From Oscillospiraceae bacterium (GTDB lineage: Bacteria; Bacillota; Clostridia; Oscillospirales; Oscillospiraceae): a DNA stretch of 57,001 nucleotides. Below, one piece after another: positions 36,525-45,700 of the stretch (positions within the stretch are counted from its first letter, which is position 1; every line of letters starts with the position of its first letter). The notes beneath the pieces are model-generated. The model made no database searches and had not been told where the DNA came from. It saw only the letters and a program-made list of their open reading frames with translations. The stretch lies in the NCBI GenBank assembly GCA_902785115.1, contig CACZXQ010000001.1, positions 1 to 57,001 of the forward strand, given 5' to 3'. The position numbers and the translations under genes are program-made.

Positions 36525-38057
36525 ATGTTTTTAAATAACGAATCCATCAAAAACCGTGCGGCGTGGGAAGCCAAGGGCTACCGTCTGCCGCGGTTTGACC
36601 GCGACGCGATGGTCGCGAAAACCGTCAAGAATCCCACCTGGCTGCACTTCGGCGCAGGCAATATCTTCAAGGCCTTCCAGGCCGACGCCTGCCAGCGCCT
36701 GCTGGACGCGGGGCTCTGCGAGACCGGCATCATCGCCGCCGAGCGCCGCGAGAAAAAGCCCGAGGTAAACGACAACCTCACCGTCAAGGTGACGCTCAAG
36801 GCTGACGGCGCGGTGGAGAAGGCCGTGGTCGGCTCCATCGCCGAGAAGGTCTACCTCTACGGAAACGAAGCGCGTTTGCAGGAGATCTTTGAAAATCCCA
36901 GCCTGCAGATGGTGTCCTTCACCATCACCGAGAAGGGCTACGCCCTCTATGACGCGAAGGGCGAGTTGCTGCCCGATGTTGCCGCCGATCTTGCCGCTTC
37001 CCCGGAGAATGCCAAGACCTACATGGGCAAGCTCACCGCCCTGCTCTGCGCCCGCTATAAGAAGAACAAAGCCCCTCTCGCCATGGTCAGCATGGATAAC
37101 TGCTCCCACAACGGCGACAAGCTCAAGGCCGCCATCACCTGCTTTGCCAAAGCCTGGGGCGGTGAGGGCTTCAACACCTGGCTCGAAGAAGCCGTCAGCT
37201 TCCCCTGGTCGATGATCGACAAGATCACCCCGGGTCCCGACGCCTCCGTCGCCGCGATGCTGGCGCAGGACGGCCTTGAGGCCGGCACCCCCTTCGTCAA
37301 TGCCGAGGAGAGCGAGTATCTTGTCATCGAGGATAACTTCCCCAACGGCCGCCCCTGCCTCGAGAAGGCGAGCATCTACTTCACCGCGCGCGAGACCGTA
37401 GACAAGGTGGAGCGCATGAAGGTCTGCACCTGCCTCAACCCCCTGCACACCGCGCTCGCGGTCTACGGCTGCCTGCTGGGGTATGAGCATATCTGGCAGG
37501 AGATGAAGGACGAAGACCTCCGCAAGCTGGTGGAAACCATCGGCTACCGGGAGGGTCTGCCCGTCGTGACCGATCCCGGCATCATCAAGCCGCAGGACTT
37601 CATCGACACCGTGGTGAAGGTGCGTATCCCGAACCCCTTCCTGCCAGATACCCCTCAGCGCATCGCCACCGACACCTCCCAAAAGCTGCCCATCCGCTTT
37701 GGTGAGACCATCAAGGCCTACCTCGCCTCCGACAGCCTCAAGGTCGAGGATCTCAAGCTGATCCCGCTGGTGCACGCAGGCTGGCTCCGCTACCTGATGG
37801 CGATCGACGACAAGGGCGAAGCCTTTGCACCGTCCCCCGATCCGCTGCTGAGCACCGCGCAGCCCTTCGTCGCAGACGTGATGCTCGGCGAGAAGCCCGA
37901 CTGTGCAAAGCTTGAGGGTCTGCTGCGAAATAAGACCATCTTCGGCGTCGATCTCGTCGAGGTCGGGCTTGCGGAAAAGGTCTGTGCTTATTTTGAGGAG
38001 CTCACCGCCGGCGTCGGCGCCGTGCGCGCGACCGTGCACAAGTATGTGAATCTCTGA
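36525..38057 (+). CDS. uxuB: Mannitol-dehydrogenase-family oxidoreductase (fructuronate reductase / D-mannonate oxidoreductase-like)
   Basis: 510 aa with WLHFGAGNIFKAF Rossmann start. Adjacent to uxuA. Confidence 0.75.
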   Translation: MFLNNESIKNRAAWEAKGYRLPRFDRDAMVAKTVKNPTWLHFGAGNIFKAFQADACQRLLDAGLCETGIIAAERREKKPEVNDNLTVKVTLKADGAVEKAVVGSIAEKVYLYGNEARLQEIFENPSLQMVSFTITEKGYALYDAKGELLPDVAADLAASPENAKTYMGKLTALLCARYKKNKAPLAMVSMDNCSHNGDKLKAAITCFAKAWGGEGFNTWLEEAVSFPWSMIDKITPGPDASVAAMLAQDGLEAGTPFVNAEESEYLVIEDNFPNGRPCLEKASIYFTARETVDKVERMKVCTCLNPLHTALAVYGCLLGYEHIWQEMKDEDLRKLVETIGYREGLPVVTDPGIIKPQDFIDTVVKVRIPNPFLPDTPQRIATDTSQKLPIRFGETIKAYLASDSLKVEDLKLIPLVHAGWLRYLMAIDDKGEAFAPSPDPLLSTAQPFVADVMLGEKPDCAKLEGLLRNKTIFGVDLVEVGLAEKVCAYFEELTAGVGAVRATVHKYVNL

Positions 38058-38161
38058 TGCCGTTTCCTCTCCGAACAAAAAACTGGGGCTTCCTTTCCCG
38101 GCAAACTGTGCTATAATGAAAGCACGCAACGCGGAAAATCGAAACCATGGGAGGGAATCGC

Positions 38162-38425
38162 ATGAAAATCACCAAGAGAAACGGAAACACCACCGTCTAC
38201 GATGACGAGCATGTAAAGCGCAGTATTCTCGCGGCAAACGCCGGGGCGCCTTTTGAGACGCTGACCGAGGCGCAGGCCGCCGGTATCGCAGATCAGGTCT
38301 TTCAGCGCGTCACGCTCAAGTATGAGCTCATCACCACCGAAGAGGTGCGCGACTGCGTGATCGCGGTGCTGAGGGAAAAGGGGCTGCGCCAGACCGCGAA
38401 GCTCTACGCCGAGTATAAAAAATAA
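38162..38425 (+). CDS. Stand-alone ATP-cone domain protein
   Basis: MKITKRNGNTTVYDDEHVKRSI...TTEEVRDCVIAVLREKGLRQTAKLYAEYKK. RBS is GGGAGGG. An extended -10 TGCTATAAT lies at about 38110-38118. Confidence 0.75.
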   Translation: MKITKRNGNTTVYDDEHVKRSILAANAGAPFETLTEAQAAGIADQVFQRVTLKYELITTEEVRDCVIAVLREKGLRQTAKLYAEYKK

Positions 38426-38450
38426 GTGGCCAGTGGTCAGTGACCAGTGA
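38426..38450 (+). repeat. 7-nt-periodic stop-rich tract (GTGGCCAGTGGTCAGTGACCAGTGA) directly after the ATP-cone stop codon
   Basis: Read directly. Confidence 0.7.
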
Positions 38451-38457
38451 AGAGTTC

Positions 38458-38497
38458 GGGCGAAGCCGTGGATTGTACGGCTTCGCCCGCGCTTTTT
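38458..38497 (+). terminator. Terminator after the ATP-cone gene
   Basis: GGGCGAAGCCGT-GGATTGT-ACGGCTTCGCCC followed by GCGCTTTTT. Confidence 0.8.
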
Positions 38498-38516
38498 GCA
38501 AGATATAAAATTTGCC

Positions 38517-38545
38517 GTAGGGGCGACCACAAGGGTCGCCCCTAC
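38517..38545. repeat. REP-like hairpin GTAGGGGCGACC-ACAA-GGGTCGCCCCTAC
   Basis: Perfect 12-bp stem. It lies between the convergent ATP-cone and GH2 genes. Confidence 0.8.
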
Positions 38546-38555
38546 GAGTCACTGA

Positions 38556-40185
38556 TCACGCACTCACGCTTACCACAGCCTCGGCGCGGAGGCTGTCGTT
38601 TACGGCAGAGAGCTTCACTTCGCCCTTGCCGCCCGCGCGGACGATGGCGAGGGCTTCGCCGTAGTAGGTGTCGCACTTCGTGTCAAGATAGCTCAGCTCA
38701 TAGAAGGGGCAGGCGCTGCCGAGACCCACAAGCTCGCCGCCCTCCACGCTCACGTTCAGGATGCCGCGCTCCATGGGCTTGATGACGCCGTTTTTGTCGG
38801 TGAACTTGAGGCGGATAAAGCTCAGGTGCCCGGCCTTGACGCTCTTTTCTTCGGGAACGGCCTGCAAAACGGTCTCTTCTCCGGCGGTGACAAGGCGATC
38901 GCGCCCGATCTCTCTGCCGCTTGCGTCAAAGCTCACGGCCTCGATCGTGCCGTTTTCGTAGGGGACATGGAAGGTGAAGAGGCAGTTGTTCTTCATGGCC
39001 TTCCTGCCGCGGCTGACGCCGTTTACCAGAAGCTCCACGCTTGCGGCTCTGGCGTAGACCTCCACATGCGCCTTCTTCCCCTCGCAGCCGCGCCACGACC
39101 AGCTCGGCATGGCGTTGGTCATCTTCCAGGCGGAGGGGGAGTGCCGGCCTGTGTGGCAGAGGGGACGCACGGCGATATAAGGTCCCTTTTCGCGCTCCAG
39201 CGCGACGCGGGTATAGAGCGCCTCGCCCAGGGGCTTGCCGGTCAGGTCGATGCGCCCGGAGCCCGCCGCGATCCAGCCGAGACCCGCGTCGAAGTTCTTT
39301 GCGTAGTCGCCGTACTCCCAGGAGCCGATCATTACCTCGCCCAGATAGTCGATACCGGCCCAGACAAAGTCGCCGATCAGGCGGGGATTGTCCTTTGCCA
39401 GCTCCCAGAATTTATAGGCGTCGGCGCAGAAGGTCTCGGAGCCGAGGATGATGCGCTCGGGGTAGTTTTTCAGGTCTTTCTTATAGCGTTTCTCGCCGTA
39501 GTTGTAGCCCGCGATGTCCATGTTGGCGAAGGCTTCGCGCGTCGTCACGTCGGAGCCGTGCAGCGTCGCGCCGAGCTTCATGAAGTCCGCGCCGAAGAGC
39601 CCGGCCATATCGTTGAAGAACTTGGAGCCGGTGGAGCTCTCCTTCGCCTTCTTGCCCTCGGCCTTGGCCTTGGCGGCGCGTTCGGCCTCCCTGGCGGCCT
39701 TCTCGTCGGAGTACTGGCCGAAGCCGATGTGGTTGAGGAAGTTGAAGAAAATGTTCACGCCGCAGGTGACCGGGCGCGTGTCGTCAAGCTGATGCAGAAG
39801 CTCGGTCATGTCTTTGGCAAGCCGGATGCCCTTGGGCTGGGCGGTCTCAGCCACCTCGTTGCCGGTGGAGTAGAGCACCACGCAGGGGTGGTTGTAGTCC
39901 TTGTCCACCATGTCGGTCATGTCCTGCCGCCAGAAGTCGAAAAAGAAGTCCACATAGTCGTACATGGTCTTGTGGATGTACCAGTGGTCGATATACTCGT
40001 CCATCACCAGACTCCCCACCCGGTCGCAGATCTCCAGCGCGGTCTTGGAGCAGGGGTTGTGCGCCGAACGAATGGCGTTGTAGCCGTTTTCCATCAGGAT
40101 GCGCAGGCGGCGCTCCAGCGCGTCGGGGTCACATTTGGCGCCCAGAAGCCCGTTGTCGTGGTGGATGCAGGCGCCGCGCAGAATA
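38556..40185 (-). pseudogene. Glycoside hydrolase family 2 (beta-galactosidase/glucuronidase-like), missing the N-terminal part
   Basis: The GH2 TIM-barrel starts at ILRGACIHHDNGLLGA, followed by NAIRSAHNP and NHPCVVLYSTGNE, then C-terminal beta-sandwich domains. The sugar-binding and Ig-like N-terminal domains and a start codon are absent. The track ORF 38556-40646 continues only as antisense of the response regulator. Confidence 0.75.
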
Positions 40186-40187
40186 TA

Positions 40188-40877
40188 TTGGAGGATACCC
40201 CGGAGGAGGCCAGAGCCATACGCGGCGCACTGCAGCAGTACGCCTCCGAGCATCGGCTCCCCTTCGCGCTGAGCTTTTATCCCGATGGCGCGGCTTTTTT
40301 CGAGGATGAGCTGGATTTTGACCTGGTTTTTATGGACATCGAGATGCCCGGCATGGACGGGATGGCGGCGGCTCGCAAGCTGCGGGAGCGGGACGAGGAT
40401 ATGTGCCTGATCTTCGTGACCAAGCTCTTTCAGTATGCCATCGAGGGCTACAGCGTGCGGGCGATGGATTTTCTGGTAAAGCCCGTGACGCCGGAGAAGC
40501 TCGCGCCCAAGCTGGAGCGCGCCCTTCAGACCATCGACCGGCGCCGCCGCACCCGCATTGCGGTGCAGGCCGGGGAGATGACAAAATGGCTCGACACGGC
40601 GGAGATCCTCTATGTGGAGGTCATGAACCATACCCTGTACTATCACATGAAGGAGGAGAGCTTCTCAGCCTACGGCACCATCAAGGAGAGCGAGCAGAAG
40701 CTTGCGCCCCTGGGCTTTGCCCGCTGCAGCAACAGCTTTCTCGTCAATCTTCGGTATGTCGACGCCATCAGCGGCAGCGAAGTGCTCATCGGCGGGGATC
40801 GCCTCCCCATCGGGCGCACGAAGCGCAGGGAGTTTTTGCAGCGGATGGCGGAGTTCGCGGGGGATCAGGTGTTATGA
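40188..40877 (+). CDS. LytTR-family response regulator (AgrA-like), N-terminus clipped
   Basis: Receiver motifs DLVFMDIEMPGMDG and FLVKP, then a LytTR domain (ILYVEVMNHTLYYHM...FARCSNSFLVNLRYV). The sequence begins at (NI)LEDTPEEA, lacking the usual M-x-x-I-x-I beta-1 and an ATG. TTG at 40188 is the only in-frame start candidate. Confidence 0.7.
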   Translation: MEDTPEEARAIRGALQQYASEHRLPFALSFYPDGAAFFEDELDFDLVFMDIEMPGMDGMAAARKLRERDEDMCLIFVTKLFQYAIEGYSVRAMDFLVKPVTPEKLAPKLERALQTIDRRRRTRIAVQAGEMTKWLDTAEILYVEVMNHTLYYHMKEESFSAYGTIKESEQKLAPLGFARCSNSFLVNLRYVDAISGSEVLIGGDRLPIGRTKRREFLQRMAEFAGDQVL

Positions 40878-42196
40878 GCACACTGCCGATCTATTTTAAC
40901 GCCGCAAGCCTTGTGCGCATGTTCTCCATGTTCCCCTTTGAGCTTCTGATGGCGGCACATGTGATGGGCTTCCCGACCTTTAAGCGCAGGCCGCGGTTTC
41001 CGCTGCGTGCGGTGGGACTGGCGCTGCCGGTGATGCTGGTGTTTGAATTCTGCATCCAGCTTTTCCCCGAACGCGGCGTTGAGGTCAGAATGTGGCCGGA
41101 TTCGCTGTTTTTCCTGCTCGTCTCCGCGTATACCTGCAGCTATCTGCGCGCCTGCTACCGCTGTACGCCGCGGGAGGCGGTCTATGCCGCGGCCACGGCG
41201 CACGTGGCGCAAAACATCGTCCATAACCTCGACTGGATCTTCCTCTCCCGCCTGGGACTGCGGGAGGGAAGCCTTGAAAACCTGCCCATTGCGTTGGGGC
41301 TGATGCTGCTGGTGTACACGCTGCTGTATCTCATCTATCGCAGGTGGATGGCGGATCGGGAGGGGCACACGCTGCCGCTCAGAAGTGTGATCGTAAACGC
41401 GGTGGTGATCCTGCTGCTGGTCTGTGTCTACAACAGTCCCATTGATCTGGCAAGCCGGAGCTATCAGGTCTTCGTCACTTGCGTTATTGCCGACGTGATC
41501 GGGCTTCTGATGCAGCTTTCGCTGATACGGGAGACCGCGCTCACGCTGGAAAACGAGGTGGTGCGGCAGCTTTTGGCGGCCGAGCAGAAAAAGCAGCGCA
41601 TGAGCCGCGAGAACATCGAACTCATCAACCGCAAGTGCCACGATCTCAAGCACCAGATCCATGCCCTCAAGCACATGGCCAACGAAACGGAGCGCAGCGC
41701 CTATATCAAGGAGATCGAAAACGCGGTGCTTTTCTACGAAAACGCGCCCAAAACCGGCAACGAGACGCTTGATCTGATTCTGATGGACAAGCTTCTTTAC
41801 TGCCAGGCGCACGACATCACGCTCACCTGCGTGTGCGACGGGGCGCTGCTTGCGAGGCTCGACACCCTGGACCTCTACGCCCTGTTCGGAAACGCCCTGG
41901 ACAACGCCATCGAGAGCGTCATGGGCGAGGAGAAGGAGAAGCGCTCGGTCAGCTTCCGGGTGGGAAAATACAGCTCCTTCCTCTCCATCCATTTTGAGAA
42001 CTACCTGGGTCACGGTCTTTCGCTGGTGGACGGGCTGCCGGTCACCGGCAAGGCGGATCGGGGCTACCACGGCTTCGGCGTGCGAAGCATCCGCCACATT
42101 GTGGAAAAATACGGCGGCACCATGAGCATCCGCACCGACCAGCAGCTCTTCCGCCTGGATATTCTGATCCCCCTGGATATGGACCGCCAAGAATAA
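40874..42196 (+). CDS. AgrC/HPK10-like sensor histidine kinase (GHKL ATPase)
   Basis: The ATG overlaps the RR stop (ATGA). Six or seven N-terminal TM helices, H-box NRKCHDLKHQIHALKH, N-box LFGNALDNAIES and G-box GFGVRSIRHIVEKYGG. Confidence 0.85.
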   Translation: MSTLPIYFNAASLVRMFSMFPFELLMAAHVMGFPTFKRRPRFPLRAVGLALPVMLVFEFCIQLFPERGVEVRMWPDSLFFLLVSAYTCSYLRACYRCTPREAVYAAATAHVAQNIVHNLDWIFLSRLGLREGSLENLPIALGLMLLVYTLLYLIYRRWMADREGHTLPLRSVIVNAVVILLLVCVYNSPIDLASRSYQVFVTCVIADVIGLLMQLSLIRETALTLENEVVRQLLAAEQKKQRMSRENIELINRKCHDLKHQIHALKHMANETERSAYIKEIENAVLFYENAPKTGNETLDLILMDKLLYCQAHDITLTCVCDGALLARLDTLDLYALFGNALDNAIESVMGEEKEKRSVSFRVGKYSSFLSIHFENYLGHGLSLVDGLPVTGKADRGYHGFGVRSIRHIVEKYGGTMSIRTDQQLFRLDILIPLDMDRQE

Positions 42197-42209
42197 TAGC
42201 ATAAAAACC

Positions 42210-42241
42210 AAAAGCACCCGCCTGAATGGCGGGTGCTTTTG
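42210..42241. terminator. Bidirectional terminator between the kinase gene and rpmE
   Basis: AAAAGCACCCGCC-TGAAT-GGCGGGTGCTTTT. Confidence 0.85.
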
Positions 42242-42258
42242 TATAGCCGATAACCGGA

Positions 42259-42459
42259 TTACTTGATGCCGTACTTCTTGTTGAACTTGTCAACGCGGCC
42301 GCTGGTGTCGACCAGCTTCTGCTTGCCGGTGTAGAAGGGGTGGCACTTGGAGCAGATTTCAACGGTGATGTTCTGCTTGGTGGAACCGGTCTCGATCACA
42401 TTGCCGCAGGCGCAGCGAATGGTGGTCGGCTTATAGTTGGGATGGATCCCTGCTTTCAT
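42259..42459 (-). CDS. rpmE: 50S ribosomal protein L31 (Zn-ribbon type)
   Basis: [28 protein letters not shown]...[10 protein letters not shown] after GAGGAG. A putative promoter TTGCAT-N17-TATACT lies at 42535-42563 on the minus strand. Confidence 0.95.
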   Translation of the reverse strand: MKAGIHPNYKPTTIRCACGNVIETGSTKQNITVEICSKCHPFYTGKQKLVDTSGRVDKFNKKYGIK

Positions 42460-42580
42460 TTTGCGTACGCTCCTCATCAAAGGCTGCCATGATTGTGCCC
42501 TCGCGAGCAGGCATAGTTACATGGCGCAAAGCGAAGTATAACACAGCAGCGGGCGGAATGCAAGGCTTTTCTTAGAAAAA

Positions 42581-42721
42581 AGTGGCCAGTGGCCAGTAGC
42601 CAGTGAATAGTGAATAGTTGCGGTGTCCCCTTTGGGGACGTATTATAATCTGTCGCGAAGCGACACCTTAACTATTTACTATTCACTCTTCTATCTTCAC
42701 TTTCTTCTATCTTCACTTTCA
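42581..42721. repeat. Composite palindromic element: heptad tract, hairpin/promoter-like core, then an inverted heptad tract containing a 16-bp tandem duplication
   Basis: Left arm 42581-42620 (AGTGGCCAGTGGCCAGTAGCCAGTGAATAGTGAATAGTTG). Core 42621-42668 (GTCCCCTTTGGGGAC and GTCGCGAAGCGAC hairpins, enclosed by GGTGTC...GACACC). The right arm is the inverse of AGTGAATAGTAAATAGTT. CTTCTATCTTCACTTT occurs twice at 42688-42719. Confidence 0.8.
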
Positions 42722-45700
42722 CGACCACCGTTTCCCCCGCAGACAAAAAGTACAGCGCGCATTCTTTGACGGGCTTTTGGAAGATGCGCGTGAGGGCGCG
42801 GGCGTAGGCGGTGAGCTGGGGCGTGTAGAGCGCCGCGCGCTCTTCGCATTCGGCGCGGCTGCGGAGCCGGTCGGTCTTGTAGTCGATGATCGTGAGCGCC
42901 CCCTCCTCCTCGAGGCAGCAGTCCACCACGCCCTGCAGCAGAAGCTCCTCTCCGGGTTCTGTGCCGAGGAGCTCTCCCGCGTCCATCAGCAGGGAGAACT
43001 TGAACTCCCGGTGCAGCGCCGGGGCGGAGAGCATCCGCTTCCCGAGGGGGGAGGCAAAGAGCTTGCAGATGGCCTCGGCGTCCACGGCCTCGGCCTCGCG
43101 GTCGGTGAGGAAGCGCTCGACGCGCAGCCGCTCGATCTCGGCGCGCACCGCGTCCAGACTGCCGCTGTGGGCAAAGTCCATGTACTGCAGGACCAAATGG
43201 GTGGCGGTGCCTTTTTCCGTGCCGCTGAGCGGCTTTTGCTGCCGCGTAAAGTCCGGCATCCGGAAGGGACGGCGCTTTTTCGGCAGCAGCGCCTGCGCCT
43301 CCTCGTCCACTTCCTCGCGCCCCTTGAGCTCGGTGGCCGTGATCTTCGAGGGGAGCGCCTGCGCCGCCTCATGCGCGTAGCGGAAGGCGAGATTGCGCCG
43401 CAGGGTCTCGGAAAGCGCTTCGTCCGCCTTGGCGGTATCCATGCTTTCCGCCTCCGTCTGCGCCTCGGCGGCAGGCTCGCAGATGCGATAACACAGATGC
43501 TCCCCGCCGTCTGCGAGCGCGGCGCGCAGCAGCCAATCCGCCGGGGACTTCGCCCTCGCCAGCACCTCCACCGCCATGGGCACGGTGAGCGTGCTGCGAG
43601 CCGACTCCACGGCCTTCTCCGGGTCTTTGAGAGAGGCGGTGATGTACAGGCGCTCTTTGGCGCGGGTCATTGCCACATACAGAAGCCGCAGCTCCTCCGA
43701 GAGCGTTTCGCGCTCCAGCCGCAGGGCGATGGCGCTGCGCGCGAGCGTTGGGTATTCGACGCGGCGCTGCAGATCCGTGCGCTTGGGGCCGAGTCCCAGC
43801 TCCGGGTGCACCAGCACGGCGGCCATGCTGTCCTGCCGGTTAAACTGCCGCCCGGCGTCACAGAGAAAGACCACGGGAAATTCCAGCCCCTTGGACTTGT
43901 GGACGGACAAAATCTGCACAGCCGCCGCCCCGTCGGAGCCGAGGGCGGGCTCTTCCCCGCGCTCGCTGCGTCGGCGCAGCCAGAGCACATAGCGGTGCAG
44001 CCCCCGGTAGCCGCTGGCCTCGAAGTCCTCGGAGAGCTTCACCATCGCCATGAGCCTTGCCCGGCGCAGACTGCCGTCATTCATCGCGGAGGCGATGGCG
44101 ATCAGATCCATCTCCTCCATGAGCCGCCAGGTGAGCTCCGCGGCGCTCAGATCCGGCGCGTCCTGCCGCAGCCGCGCGAGAAGCGCCGTAAAGGCGCGGC
44201 TCTTTTCGTTCTCCTTCGCGTCCAGCAGCAGCGCGCCGTAGAGGTCGCCCTGCCTCGCGCGGCCGCGGATGCGGGCAAGCTCGTCGGGCGCGAAGCGGAA
44301 GCTGGGGGAGCGCAGCACGGCGATGAGCGGGATGTCCTGATGGGGGTAATCCACCACCGCGAGCATACTCATCAGGGCAGAAATTTCCACGCTGCTGTAA
44401 AAGCCGCCGCCCTGCCCGCTGCCCACAGGCACGCCCGCGCGGGCAAGCTCCCGGCGGTAGACCGCGCCCGCCTTGTTCACCGAGCGCAGCAGGATCGCAA
44501 TGTCCCCATATCGCAGGGGACGCGCGGCGTCCCGCTCCATGACCGTGACACCGGCATCCACCAGCCGCCGGATCTCCCGGGCGACGAAGGCGGCCTCGAG
44601 GGCTGTCTTGTCCGGGCTTTCCTCCTCGCCGCCCTGGGGCAGCGGCAGCAGCGTCAGCTCCGGCACCGGCGCGTCGCCGGGGTAAGCGGCGCCGTAGCGC
44701 AGAGCCGCCGCCTCGTCGTAGTCGATGTCGCCGAGCGCCTTGGACATGCAGAGGGAGAAGACCGCGTTCGCGCCCTCTAAAATTTCCCGCCGGGAGCGGA
44801 AATTCTCCCGCAGCAGGATGCGCCCCGGCTCACCGTCCGTCGGCGCGTCGGCGTAGGATTCGTATTTTTCGGTGAAGATCGTGGGGTCTGCCAGGCGGAA
44901 GCGGTAGATCGACTGCTTCACGTCCCCCACGAGAAAGAGGTTTTTCCCGTCCCGGGAGACGGCGCGAAAGATGGCGTCCTGCACCCGGCTCACGTCCTGA
45001 TATTCGTCCACCATGATCTCGTCAAAGCGTTCGGAAACCGCGCGGGCAAGCGCGGTGGGGCCGCCGTCATCGTCGGTGAGAAGCTGCGCCGCCATGTGTT
45101 CCAGGTCTGCGTAGTCCACCAAGTTGGCGCGGCGCTTGTCGCGGCTGTACGCCTTTTCAAAGTCCAGCACCAGCCGCAGCAGCGCGCTCATAGCCGGTTC
45201 GGTCGCCGCCATGTCGGCAAGGAGCTTTTCTGAGGAAGCGGCAAAGACCTTTTGCAGCTTCTCCATGGCCTCCTTGCAGGCCTTGCGCCGCTCCTTGACA
45301 AAATCCGCCGTCTCGGGATCGTCGTATTTGACCAGCCGCCCCAGCGCGGGGAAGGGGAGGGGCAGCGCCTTACGCACCGCGTCCCAGCCGCCATCCAGCG
45401 CCCGGCGGAGATCGCGCAGCGCCGTCGCCGTCTCATCAAAGCTGGGGTAATAGGCTTTTTTGATTTTTTCGTCCTGACAGACGAGGGGCGTCAGGCGCTC
45501 AAACGCCGCGCACCAGTAGTCAAGCTGCTCGCGGGCGCGGCCGAGGATCTCCTTCCCCCAGTCGGTCTCTCCCGCGTCGCTGTGCGGCTCGCGCAAAAGC
45601 CGAACCTGCTCACTCGCCCATTTCTCCGGCCGCGCGTGGCACTGCATCTTGTCGTAGAGCGTCAGCGCAAGCTCCGCGAGCCGCCGGTCGTCCCGCCCCG

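Noticed and set aside
38556-40877. 696-aa minus-strand and 683-aa plus-strand ORFs that look like large novel proteins
   Set aside because: Each is a chimera: real coding sequence on one side of the 40185 junction (GH2 or response regulator) and antisense read-through of the other gene on the far side.
42688-42719. Exact 16-bp tandem duplication considered as a possible CRISPR or minisatellite
   Set aside because: There are only two units, no spacers and no cas genes. It is part of the arm of the composite palindromic element.
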